Shown here piece by piece: positions 28,244-37,425 of a stretch of 64,000 nucleotides of DNA. The position numbers were made by a program, and so were the translations under genes. Position 1 is the stretch's first letter; each line of letters opens with the position of its first letter. The notes under the pieces were generated by a model. It did not search any database. It saw nothing but the letters and a program-made list of their open reading frames with translations, and was not told where the DNA came from. The DNA is from Capsulimonadales bacterium (lineage in GTDB: Bacteria; Armatimonadota; Armatimonadia; Armatimonadales; Armatimonadaceae): assembly GCA_033762295.1 (NCBI GenBank), contig JANRLW010000043.1, positions 32,001 to 96,000 of the forward strand. Reading direction: 5' to 3'.

Positions 28244-29860
28244 TTACGGGCTGACGACGACGAAGCGTCCCTCGCCCTGTCGCAGGACATAAAGGGCGAC
28301 GCTGCGGTTATCGGCAGGCTGGTCTTTGAGAATACGTTCCACCGCCGCCTTCAACTCATCCGGCGAATCGATCGGCGACTGGCCGACCCGCTGGATGACA
28401 TCGCCCCGTCGGATTCCGGCCGCCTGTGCGGCGGAGTTGGGCTGAACCTCGGCCACGACCACCCCGCGCGTACCCGCCGGAACGCGCAGCTGTCCGGCCA
28501 GGTCCGGGGTCAGCGGCGCGATCCGGATTCCAAGCGAGGTCCCGGAGGACTTTTCGCCGTCACCGTTCAACGGCAACGAGGGGGTGCCGGGTTCCTTGCG
28601 CTCCTCGACCGTCGCTTCAAGGGTTCGCTTCGCCCCCCCGCGCAGAATATCCAGTTTGATGGTGGTACCCGCGCGGGTCGCCGCCACCAGGCGCTGTAAC
28701 TCGGACGAGGTCGCGATCGCCCGTCCGTTGATGCCGGTAATTACGTCGCCCGGTTCCAACCCGGCGCGCGATGCCGGGCTATTCGGCTCGACCGATTCCA
28801 CCAGAGCGCCGGTCGTCGTCGGTGCCAGCCCGAAGGCGCGGGCCTGCTCGCTCACGTTGGCGATCGCAATTCCAAGGCGCGAACGACGTACCCGACCTTC
28901 CTTCAGAAGGGTGTCCGCGATCTCGCGGGCCGTGGAAATGGGAATCGCGAACCCGATACCGACGTTACCGCCCGTTCGGCTGTAGATCGCGTTGTTGACC
29001 CCGATGACCCGACCGTAGATATCGAGAAGCGGGCCGCCGGAGTTGCCCGGATTGATGGAGGCGTCCGTCTGCAGGTACTGCCCCGGACCGTTCTCGGATA
29101 GCGGCACCTCGCGACCCTTGGCGGAGATGACCCCGACCGTCATGGTGTGATCCAGTCCGAACGGATTGCCGAGAGCGATCGCCCAATCGCCGACATTCAC
29201 CCGATCCGAATCTCCGAGGGTAACGGTCGGAAGACCGTTTGCCGGAATCTTCACCACGGCAACATCGGTGACGGCGTCCTCACCGACGACCTTCGCATTC
29301 TTAAACACCTGACCGTCCGCCAGTTTGACGGTGACGGTGTCGGCGCCCCGAACGACATGGGCATTGGTGATGATGACCCCGTCCTGTCGGATGATGAAGC
29401 CGGACCCGAGGCCCGAACGAACCATTCGACCGCCCTGGCGGCCGGACGGCGGCGCGGACGGCTCGGCGTTCGGGACAACCTCCTCCGGAACGTTATCGCC
29501 GAAGAACCGGCGGAAAAGTTCGTCCATATCGGGTCCGCCGGGTCCGCCAGGTCCGCCGAACGGCGTCATGCCGCGTCGAGGCGTCGGAATGCTTTCCATG
29601 GTCGTGATCGTGACCACCGCCGGTTCGACCGAGCGGGCGACCTGATTGAAGGCCGCCTGCATGTTGGCCGCCTCACGGATCGCTTCCGTCGTCGCGACCG
29701 CCGCCGGTCGGGCGGGAGCGGCCGCCGCGACCCGGGCCGACTGTCCGGTCTGCGCTTCGGAGGGACGTATGTAGCCGGGCGCTAACAGGGCAGCGATCCC
29801 GATCGCTCCGGCCACGGTCAGTTTTGCAGAGTGCTTCTTGAGAAACAAATTCGATCTCAT
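28244..29860 (-). CDS. htrA: HtrA/DegP (Do family) serine protease with two PDZ domains
   Basis: TNAHVV, TDVAVVK, TDASINPGNSGGPL; two PDZ domains; AAGGAG upstream of the ATG at 29860. Confidence 0.93.
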   Translation of the reverse strand: MRSNLFLKKHSAKLTVAGAIGIAALLAPGYIRPSEAQTGQSARVAAAAPARPAAVATTEAIREAANMQAAFNQVARSVEPAVVTITTMESIPTPRRGMTPFGGPGGPGGPDMDELFRRFFGDNVPEEVVPNAEPSAPPSGRQGGRMVRSGLGSGFIIRQDGVIITNAHVVRGADTVTVKLADGQVFKNAKVVGEDAVTDVAVVKIPANGLPTVTLGDSDRVNVGDWAIALGNPFGLDHTMTVGVISAKGREVPLSENGPGQYLQTDASINPGNSGGPLLDIYGRVIGVNNAIYSRTGGNVGIGFAIPISTAREIADTLLKEGRVRRSRLGIAIANVSEQARAFGLAPTTTGALVESVEPNSPASRAGLEPGDVITGINGRAIATSSELQRLVAATRAGTTIKLDILRGGAKRTLEATVEERKEPGTPSLPLNGDGEKSSGTSLGIRIAPLTPDLAGQLRVPAGTRGVVVAEVQPNSAAQAAGIRRGDVIQRVGQSPIDSPDELKAAVERILKDQPADNRSVALYVLRQGEGRFVVVSP

Positions 29861-29902
29861 CTTGTACAAGGCTCCTTACGGAAAGTCCTATTTGACAGAT
29901 TC

Positions 29903-29931
29903 ATTACGAAGGATCGGCCGGATCGTGTTCC
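29903..29931 (-). promoter_or_regulatory. Putative ECF-sigma promoter upstream of htrA
   Basis: GGAAC-N18-CGTAAT on the minus strand. Confidence 0.5.
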
Positions 29932-30029
29932 GACCGGAGGTTCACGGAGGAAAACAACCGAACCGATTCCTGCGCGGAATCGTCTAATTCGGTATTCCCG
30001 TTCCCCATCGTCTCCGGAGGGCCTGTAAC

Positions 30030-31613
30030 GTGTCCCAGGTACTGTTGTGGGTTTCGCTCGTCCTCGGCGTGGTCGCCGTGCTGCTTCGTTTCCTGCCTTT
30101 GCCACCCGTTCCGGGTCGACCGGAAGGCGAATCCGTCGTTCGGTCGACCGAAGAGGGGGAAGCCCATCCGGTGGTCCGGCGGATCGGGTTCGCGGCCCCG
30201 TTTCTCGGTTTTGCGCTGACCTTGCCGGTAGGCGGCGTCTTCTCCTCCGGACAGCAGTTCGGGATCGGTTTTCTCGCGGGAGGCGTGTCGGCTCTGCTGG
30301 CCGATTTTTTGGTTCGGACATCGAAATCGCCTCGCGAACCGGAAGCGATCCCCCGGACCGCCGCGAACGGACTCGCCATCGCCGTCGTAGCCGCCGTCCT
30401 CCTCTTTTTGCCGGCGTCCCGCCTCGATGCGCTTCTCGGCGTCGCGATCGGCTGGCTGTGCCCGGCGTTTGCCTTTCTGCTCGCCCTGCCCGCAACCCGG
30501 CGCGCCGCCGCCCCCGGACGTGGGACGGTGGCGGCGGTGGGTATGGCCGTCACCCTCTGCGCGGGCGCGGCGCTGTGCCTGTACCGGGACCCCATTACCT
30601 CGCAGTTCCCCAAACTCTCCTGGACCGCGCTTCTCCTTGCCTTCGCCGCGCTGGGAACGCTGGTCAACGCAGGGACGGCGCGGTTCGAACCCTTTCTGCG
30701 GACCGGTATCCGTCGACTGCTGCCGATAGCGGTTCTGGCGGCGGGGGCGGGAATCGCCCTGTTCCAGGCCGATCTCAAACTGGTGGACGATCCGCGAACG
30801 GCCTGGATCGGTGTCGGTGGCCTTTTGCTTCTCCCGGTCGTTCTCGCCGCCCTGCGCGAGGCGGCGCGACGCGCTCCGACGGAGGATCCGGGAACGATCC
30901 GTATGTTTCTGCCGGCCGTTCTGCTGACCACCGGATTTCTCGCGGCGGTTCAGACGCTGCAGGGGACGGGCGCGGCGGTGTTCACGGTCGCTCTCTGGCT
31001 GGCCCTGCCCCCGCTTCTGCCCTTTGCCCGCGAGGAGAGCGGCGAGGGGGAACCCGTCGAAAACGACCTGTCCTTATCTCTCCTGAACCTTCTGCTGTTC
31101 GGTACGACGCTGCTGCTCTGGCGGCTGTTCGTCACCCGCTGGTCCGGCGAACTGCACGGCGTTTCCCTGACCGACCAGTACGCCCTTTTCGGCCTGATTC
31201 TGGGAGCGGCGATCCCCGATCTTCTGTCTTCCGTTCCGTCCGGTTGGTCCGGCGGAAAAACGGGCGGGACGGTGCGGGGGATCGCAGCTCTGACGGTCAC
31301 CGCTCTGCTGGCGCTGGCCGTGCCTGCTCTGCCCCTGGTACTGTTCGGTCCGAAAAGCGTGGTGGCGGTGCTGATCGGTCTCGGGCTGGGTGTCGGACTT
31401 CGAACGGCACGCCACCCGTCGCTGTTCCCGGCGTTAATCGCGCTGGCGGTAACCCTGGTGCTGACCCAGTGGACGGGAACCGTGCTGCCGGAGCAGGCCT
31501 GGTCACGGGTCGATAAGGTCCGGGTACTGATCGGCCTCATGGCGGTCCTGGTGCCGCTGACGGTTTTCTCCGATCGCTTCATGGTCCTTCTCGGGCGGAG
31601 GGAGACACGATGA
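30030..31613 (+). CDS. Polytopic membrane protein (about 16-17 TM), apparent degenerate membrane-pyrophosphatase fold
   Basis: GGAGG SD; very hydrophobic; colinear helix similarity to HppA (see findings); stop overlaps the next ATG (ATGA). Confidence 0.75.
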   Translation: MSQVLLWVSLVLGVVAVLLRFLPLPPVPGRPEGESVVRSTEEGEAHPVVRRIGFAAPFLGFALTLPVGGVFSSGQQFGIGFLAGGVSALLADFLVRTSKSPREPEAIPRTAANGLAIAVVAAVLLFLPASRLDALLGVAIGWLCPAFAFLLALPATRRAAAPGRGTVAAVGMAVTLCAGAALCLYRDPITSQFPKLSWTALLLAFAALGTLVNAGTARFEPFLRTGIRRLLPIAVLAAGAGIALFQADLKLVDDPRTAWIGVGGLLLLPVVLAALREAARRAPTEDPGTIRMFLPAVLLTTGFLAAVQTLQGTGAAVFTVALWLALPPLLPFAREESGEGEPVENDLSLSLLNLLLFGTTLLLWRLFVTRWSGELHGVSLTDQYALFGLILGAAIPDLLSSVPSGWSGGKTGGTVRGIAALTVTALLALAVPALPLVLFGPKSVVAVLIGLGLGVGLRTARHPSLFPALIALAVTLVLTQWTGTVLPEQAWSRVDKVRVLIGLMAVLVPLTVFSDRFMVLLGRRETR

Positions 31614-34600
31614 AAGGCCGTTTGTTCCAATCGCTCGCCTCCGCCCTGGTCGTGACGCTGGTCGGAATCGGATGGGCGTTCCTGATCCTCGCGGAGACGC
31701 CGCGCGGGCAGGTCGAGGGGACGGTGCGCCTCACCGACGCCGGCAACCGTCCGCTTTCCCGGTGCGATGTCTACCTGACGCCGATCGATGAGGAAGGCAA
31801 CCGGGATAACCGCGACAATGATCCGCGCGAACGCCGACACACGGTCACGGACGAGCAGGGCGTGTTTCGCCTTCGCGCCGTTCCCGCCGGTAGATACGCG
31901 CTTTCGGCATCCGCCCGCTGGCATCAAAGCGAGCGAGATATCCGGATCGACGTTGAAGAGGCGAGAACGGCCCGCGGAACGATCGACCTGAAGCGGAGCG
32001 AACCGGATCTGAGCGTGGGCGACCATCAGGCGACGTTCGCGACCACGGAGAAACCGTTCCTGCCGGTACGTGGCTATTTCTCCGGGTCATCCGGGCGGTC
32101 GCGCCCATCGCTCCGCCTCCGGGTCTTCAGGACGCGCCTGTCGGACGTTCTGAAGCGCGGCGACTCGGCGAGCGCTCTCGATGACCTGCGCTACACCTAC
32201 CAGGGGCCGACGCCGCGATTGCCAAAAGCGCTGCTGGCGAAGGGTAGTCCGGATGCACCCCGACTCGTTGCCGACGTCACCCGGCCGGTGACCGGGATCG
32301 ACCGGGAAGGCTTTTTCGTCAACCGCGTTCCGATCGCGGCGGCCGTCGGCAAACCGGGACTCTACCTGGTCGAGTTCGCTCACGGCAAGCACTCCTCCGC
32401 CTCCTATGTTCTCGTTTCCGATCTCGCTCTGGTCGTGAAAAACGCCCCCGGTTCGATCCATGCGTTCGCCGCCCACATCCGGAAAGGAACGCCGATCGGA
32501 GGGGCCGTCCTTCGCTATTTCACCGGAGGACGCTCCGTCGCCTCGACACGGACGGACCGAAACGGCCTGGGGACCCTGACGCGACCGACGGCCCCTCCGC
32601 GCCCGGCAGGGGGCGCCGATGCCGGGGGAAACGTCGCCCCGAACCTGACCGTCGCGTCGTACGGGGACGACGAAGCCGTCGTGCGTTACGGTGGGGGGTG
32701 GTGGGGCGAGCAAACGGAACCCATCTACGCCGTCCATACTGTGACCGACCGCACGATCTACCGGCCCGGCGACCGGATTTCGTACAAGGGAATCGTCCGA
32801 CGGCGAAACGGCGCGAACACGTACCTCGTTCCGGCCTCGCTTCCTGTCAGTATCGAGGTGCGGGATGCGAACGGGGGACTGTTGGTCAAAGAGAGCAAGA
32901 CGACGAACGATGCCGGGGTCTATGATGGGACGATCGAGACCAGCCCCGAAGTCGCGACCGGTTCCTACACCCTGGTCGCCCGCATCGGAGAGGAGAGGCA
33001 TACCGCCGACGTGTCCGTCGCCTCCTACCGGAAACCGGAGTTCGTCGTAAAGGTCACCGCCGGGAAAGCCCGTTATCTCCGGGGCGAACCGGTGACGATG
33101 ACAATGGCGGCGTCGTACTACTTCGGTGCGCCTGTCGCCGGAGCGAAGGTCCGCTACTATGTCACCCGAAATCCCGACTGGAGCGTCGATTACGGTGGCT
33201 CGGACGAGGAGGAGGCGGGCGAATTTCGTCCCGGTCTCTTCGGGTCGTTTCCCGGCGATTTCCATGGGGATACGGTGGCGGACGGCGAGGTGCGTCTGGA
33301 CGAAAACGGGCAGGCGGTCATTACGGTCGATTCGTCGAAACGAGCGAACGAACCATCGTCGCCGGAGCGACCGGACGACGAGTTCCTTCCTCAGGTGGAA
33401 ACGTACACTCTGACCGCGTGGGTGGAGGATTCATCGCAACGGTCGGTGGAGGGGCAGGGGCAGGTACGGGTCGCGGCGGGCGATTTGACCCTGTCCGTGG
33501 TGCCCGAAGGGTACGTCGCCATGCCCGGAAAACCGTCGCAGGTCTTCGTCACCGTGCGGGATGCGGACGGGAAACCGGTTGCCGGTCAAACGGTCGAACT
33601 GCGAACGGCCTATGAGGTCCGGGATTCGGAGGGGGAGCGGACTCGACCGACCCCCCTGGGAGCCGCGCAGACGGCGACGACCGGGGCCGATGGCCGCGCG
33701 CTTCTGACCGTCACGCCCACGAAGTCCGGGGAGATCGTCCTGACGGCGTCGGTTCGCGACGCGGGCGGTCGTACCGTTTCGACACGGGGCGGCCTCTGGG
33801 CCGTCGGTGACCGGGATACCGAACTCGATACGGATTACGGCGACCTTGCCCTGCTGACCGATCGGCGGCGTTACGAACCGGGTGACACGGCACGGGTGCT
33901 GGTGAATACGTCGCGGACCGGGCAAACGGTCTGGCTCAGCGTCGAAGGCGACCGGGTCTACCGTTCGTTCGCCCTGCCGATTACCCGTCGAAGTACCGTG
34001 ATCGAACTGCCGATAGACCCCGAATGGGGGCCGAATGTGACGCTGGTTGCCTGTTATGTGCGCGACAAGAAGTTCGCTTCGAGCGAAACGCCGCTCCGGG
34101 TCGCCCTGAAAGCGAAGGAAGTGGCGGTGACCGTCCGACCGGTCGGCGGCGACCGCTATCAGCCGGGCGATAATGTGACGTACGAAATCCGCACGCTCGA
34201 CGCCGACCGGGGGCGACCGGTCGCCGCGAATGTCGCGCTGTCGGTCGTGGATGAGTCCGTTTTCGCCCTGCGCCCCGACGATCCCAAAGCGTTGCGTCGA
34301 ACCTTCTATCCGCCGCGAACCAACCGGGTCAGCACGGCGTTTTCGTTCGCCGTCGAGTATCTGGGCGATGTCAGCAAGGCGGAACCGGAAATCAGAGCAC
34401 GGAAACGGTTCCGCGATACCGCCTTCTGGGCTCCGGAAGTACGCACCGACGCGCAGGGTCGAGCGCGGGTGACCGTGAACCTGCCGGAGAACCTGACGAC
34501 CTGGCGGGCGACTGCGAACGCGGTCACCGCCGATACCGCCGTCGGTTACGGACTCAGCAAGGTGCTCTCCTCCCGTCCGTTTTTCGTACGACTGGAGACG

Positions 34601-36538
34601 CCCCGCTTCCTGACCGGGGGCGACCGGTCGCGCCTGATGGCTCTGGTGCATAACGAAACGGGAGAAAAGCAGGAGGCCCAGGTGCGGCTGGTCGCCTCCG
34701 GACTCGTGGCCGCCGGGGACGACCGCCGGAAAATCACCATACCCGCCGGAGGCGTCGGGACCGTCGAGTGGGCGGTCACGGTTCCACCGGACGCCGGACC
34801 GACACCGGTGCGCGTGACGGTCCGGACCGTGGACGGGAACGGTCGGTCCGGATTCACCGACGGTATCGAGCAGGTTCTGCCGATCCGGCCCTACGGAAAG
34901 ACGGTCCTGACGACCTTTGCCGGAACGGGCAGCGACGGACCGGTCGACCAGACCGTCACGCTCGACCCGGCGGCGATCCCCTCGCAGACCCGATTGACGG
35001 TGCGGGTCACCCCGTCCCTGTCCGCCGCTCTGGTCGGCAGCCTCGACTACCTGATCGGCTTCCCCTACGGCTGCACGGAACAGACGATGAGCCGCTTCTA
35101 TCCGGACCTCCTGATCGAACGGCTCGGACTGCTGACGGACCCGAGAAGAAAGGCGGACGTGCCTCGCATGGTCCGGGACGGCGTCGCCCGCCTCGCCCGT
35201 CTGCAACACACGGACACGGGCGGCTGGGGCTGGTGGGAGCGGGATGCCGACGATCCGTTTATGACCGCGTATGTCATTCTCGGATTGGCGACCGCGCGGG
35301 CGCAAGGCTACGAGGTTGAACCCTCCCTGCTGAGCCGGGGGATCGAAGCCGCGGTCAAATTGGCGGGAACCGCGCCGGTGAAAGCACGTCCGTTCCTTCT
35401 CTACGCTCTGGCGGAGGCAGGATACGACGATTCCGGAAACGGTATTCTGCATACCCCGTTCCGGGGCGGGAAACGCCTTGACCCCGCCCGACTGGACAGC
35501 GTTTCGCTGGCCTATCTTGTTCTGCTGGGCCGACGGCTGAACGCCGACGTGCGACCATTCCTGACCGAACTGGAACGACGTGAGGTGGTTCAGGGGCGCC
35601 TGATTCACTGGAAGGGGGCGCGGGAAGGCGACGAAGACACGGATACGAGCGACCGGATGGCGACCGCCCTGGCATTTCGCGTCCTTCTGGCAGAAAATCC
35701 GAACGACACGCGCCTGCCGGGAATTCTCCGCTGGCTGATGCTGAGCCGGACCGACAGCTATTTCGGGAACACTCGCGACACGTCGTGGGTGTTGTCCGCC
35801 CTCTGCGATTACCTGCGTGTGCGCCCTGAAGAGCGAACCGTCGCTTTCGCTCCCGTGCAGGTATTGGTCAACGGTCGCCTGCAGGCGACCCTCGACGCGA
35901 GGACGACCGACGAGCGCGACCCGGAAACCGTGGTGGACGTTCCGGCCGACGTCCTGCGGCCGGGCCGAAATACGGTCCGGTTCGTCCGGTCGACCGGCGG
36001 GCCGACCCTGTTTTACTCCGGCGCTCTGCGACAGACGCTGCGCGTTCCCGACGCTGCCGACCTTCCGGCGGTCACCGACCATGGAATCACTGTGCGGCGG
36101 GAGACGTTGCGCGTTCAACCACGGAAAACAAACGGCGACCTCTGGCGATTGGTGACCGAACCGGTGGCGGACGGCAGGTTTCGGCAGGGCGACCGGCTCC
36201 GGGTACGCCTGACCGTCACCGCCGACCGGGAGATTCGTTACCTGATGCTGGAGGATCGCTTTCCGGCGGGCGCGGAAGTGACGGAGCGGGGGACGGCGGA
36301 CGAGGACGTAAACTACCGGGAAAGCGGGTCGTTCTTCTCCTACGATCAGGTCGATGTCCGGGACGATCGAATCGCCTTCTTCATCAAGCGCCTGCCCAGG
36401 GGAACCCAGGTGCTGGAATATAACCTGCGGGCACAGACGCCGGGAATCTACCATGTGCTTCCGACCGAAGCGCAGGCGATGTACGATGCCACGGCGCACG
36501 GTTCGTCGTCGGGCCGTCGTCTGGAGGTTCGTCCTTGA
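31610..36538 (+). CDS. Bacterial alpha-2-macroglobulin with intact thioester
   Basis: TDRTIYRPGD, YRKPEF, VVDESVF, FRDTAFW, LPENLTTWR, FPYGCTEQ (CxEQ), GGWGWW, DVRDDRIAFF; N-terminal TM and carboxypeptidase-regulatory-like domain. Confidence 0.93.
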   Translation: MKGRLFQSLASALVVTLVGIGWAFLILAETPRGQVEGTVRLTDAGNRPLSRCDVYLTPIDEEGNRDNRDNDPRERRHTVTDEQGVFRLRAVPAGRYALSASARWHQSERDIRIDVEEARTARGTIDLKRSEPDLSVGDHQATFATTEKPFLPVRGYFSGSSGRSRPSLRLRVFRTRLSDVLKRGDSASALDDLRYTYQGPTPRLPKALLAKGSPDAPRLVADVTRPVTGIDREGFFVNRVPIAAAVGKPGLYLVEFAHGKHSSASYVLVSDLALVVKNAPGSIHAFAAHIRKGTPIGGAVLRYFTGGRSVASTRTDRNGLGTLTRPTAPPRPAGGADAGGNVAPNLTVASYGDDEAVVRYGGGWWGEQTEPIYAVHTVTDRTIYRPGDRISYKGIVRRRNGANTYLVPASLPVSIEVRDANGGLLVKESKTTNDAGVYDGTIETSPEVATGSYTLVARIGEERHTADVSVASYRKPEFVVKVTAGKARYLRGEPVTMTMAASYYFGAPVAGAKVRYYVTRNPDWSVDYGGSDEEEAGEFRPGLFGSFPGDFHGDTVADGEVRLDENGQAVITVDSSKRANEPSSPERPDDEFLPQVETYTLTAWVEDSSQRSVEGQGQVRVAAGDLTLSVVPEGYVAMPGKPSQVFVTVRDADGKPVAGQTVELRTAYEVRDSEGERTRPTPLGAAQTATTGADGRALLTVTPTKSGEIVLTASVRDAGGRTVSTRGGLWAVGDRDTELDTDYGDLALLTDRRRYEPGDTARVLVNTSRTGQTVWLSVEGDRVYRSFALPITRRSTVIELPIDPEWGPNVTLVACYVRDKKFASSETPLRVALKAKEVAVTVRPVGGDRYQPGDNVTYEIRTLDADRGRPVAANVALSVVDESVFALRPDDPKALRRTFYPPRTNRVSTAFSFAVEYLGDVSKAEPEIRARKRFRDTAFWAPEVRTDAQGRARVTVNLPENLTTWRATANAVTADTAVGYGLSKVLSSRPFFVRLETPRFLTGGDRSRLMALVHNETGEKQEAQVRLVASGLVAAGDDRRKITIPAGGVGTVEWAVTVPPDAGPTPVRVTVRTVDGNGRSGFTDGIEQVLPIRPYGKTVLTTFAGTGSDGPVDQTVTLDPAAIPSQTRLTVRVTPSLSAALVGSLDYLIGFPYGCTEQTMSRFYPDLLIERLGLLTDPRRKADVPRMVRDGVARLARLQHTDTGGWGWWERDADDPFMTAYVILGLATARAQGYEVEPSLLSRGIEAAVKLAGTAPVKARPFLLYALAEAGYDDSGNGILHTPFRGGKRLDPARLDSVSLAYLVLLGRRLNADVRPFLTELERREVVQGRLIHWKGAREGDEDTDTSDRMATALAFRVLLAENPNDTRLPGILRWLMLSRTDSYFGNTRDTSWVLSALCDYLRVRPEERTVAFAPVQVLVNGRLQATLDARTTDERDPETVVDVPADVLRPGRNTVRFVRSTGGPTLFYSGALRQTLRVPDAADLPAVTDHGITVRRETLRVQPRKTNGDLWRLVTEPVADGRFRQGDRLRVRLTVTADREIRYLMLEDRFPAGAEVTERGTADEDVNYRESGSFFSYDQVDVRDDRIAFFIKRLPRGTQVLEYNLRAQTPGIYHVLPTEAQAMYDATAHGSSSGRRLEVRP

Positions 36539-37326
36539 ACCGGAACGTTGGCCGGTTCCCCGGACTGTTGGCATTGGGTCTGATGCCGTTCGGCCTCGTG
36601 CTTCTGGTCGTCGCCGCCCTCGCCGCGTTGTCGCCTCCCGAAAGCCGGATGGCCGGTTTCGCCACCTCGCTTTCCGGGCGGACGCCCGCGCAGCGACACA
36701 ACGCAAGGCTGGCGGCACGCTCCCTCAACGGAGCCCGAATTCCCGCCGGGGGACTCTTCTCCTTCAACGGCACGGTGCAGACCTGGTCTCTCGATCGGGG
36801 CTATGTTCGCGCGCCGGTGTCCTACGACGGTTCGCTCGTTCCGGCGTTCGGCGGTGGGGTCTGTCAGACCTCGACCGCCCTGTATAATGCCGCCTTACTC
36901 GCCGGAATGGCGATCACCGAACGGCATCACCATGTCTTCGCCCCGCACTATGTCCCGCCCGGACGCGACGCGGCGGTCGCATACCCGAATATCGATCTTC
37001 GCTTCCGAAACCCGTACCCGTTCCCCGTTCGCCTCCGTTCGTCGGTCGACGGCGATATTCTCCGGGTCGAAATGTGGGGGCGGACCGATACGCGCACGGA
37101 ATATCAACTGGTCACCCGTGTCCTGTCGGCGTCGCCCCCCGAAACCGTACGCCGTACCGTTCCGCGCAAAGCCGGGAAACCGGCCGTCGCCCGGTACGCC
37201 GGGATCGGCGGCTTTCGCGTCGTTACCTACCGGGTGGCCCGGAAAAACGGACGGGAAGTGCGGCGCGAACGTCTCTCGGATGACGCCTATCCTTCCATGC
37301 CCAATATCCTGGCCTTCGCGGAATGA
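36535..37326 (+). CDS. VanW family protein
   Basis: FSFNGTV, GGGVCQTSTALYNAAL, ERHHH, GRDAAV, DLRFRN; C-terminal G5-like segment. Confidence 0.88.
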   Translation: MNRNVGRFPGLLALGLMPFGLVLLVVAALAALSPPESRMAGFATSLSGRTPAQRHNARLAARSLNGARIPAGGLFSFNGTVQTWSLDRGYVRAPVSYDGSLVPAFGGGVCQTSTALYNAALLAGMAITERHHHVFAPHYVPPGRDAAVAYPNIDLRFRNPYPFPVRLRSSVDGDILRVEMWGRTDTRTEYQLVTRVLSASPPETVRRTVPRKAGKPAVARYAGIGGFRVVTYRVARKNGREVRRERLSDDAYPSMPNILAFAE

Positions 37327-37328
37327 CC

Positions 37329-37356
37329 GGAACACGTAGACGCGCGACGACGTCTT
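37329..37356 (+). promoter_or_regulatory. Putative ECF-sigma promoter
   Basis: GGAAC-N17-CGTCTT. Confidence 0.45.
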
Positions 37357-37425
37357 GTGCGTATTCTCCGGAGGATGCGAATCGGGAAACGCCCCGATTC
37401 CCTCTCCTGATTCGGAAGGCGGCGC

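Noticed and set aside
33431..36718. 1095-aa minus-strand ORF, and similar long antisense ORFs (5784..7799, 9180..10925, 22241..24160)
   Set aside because: Shadow ORFs opposite well-supported genes in GC-rich DNA; no recognisable motifs.
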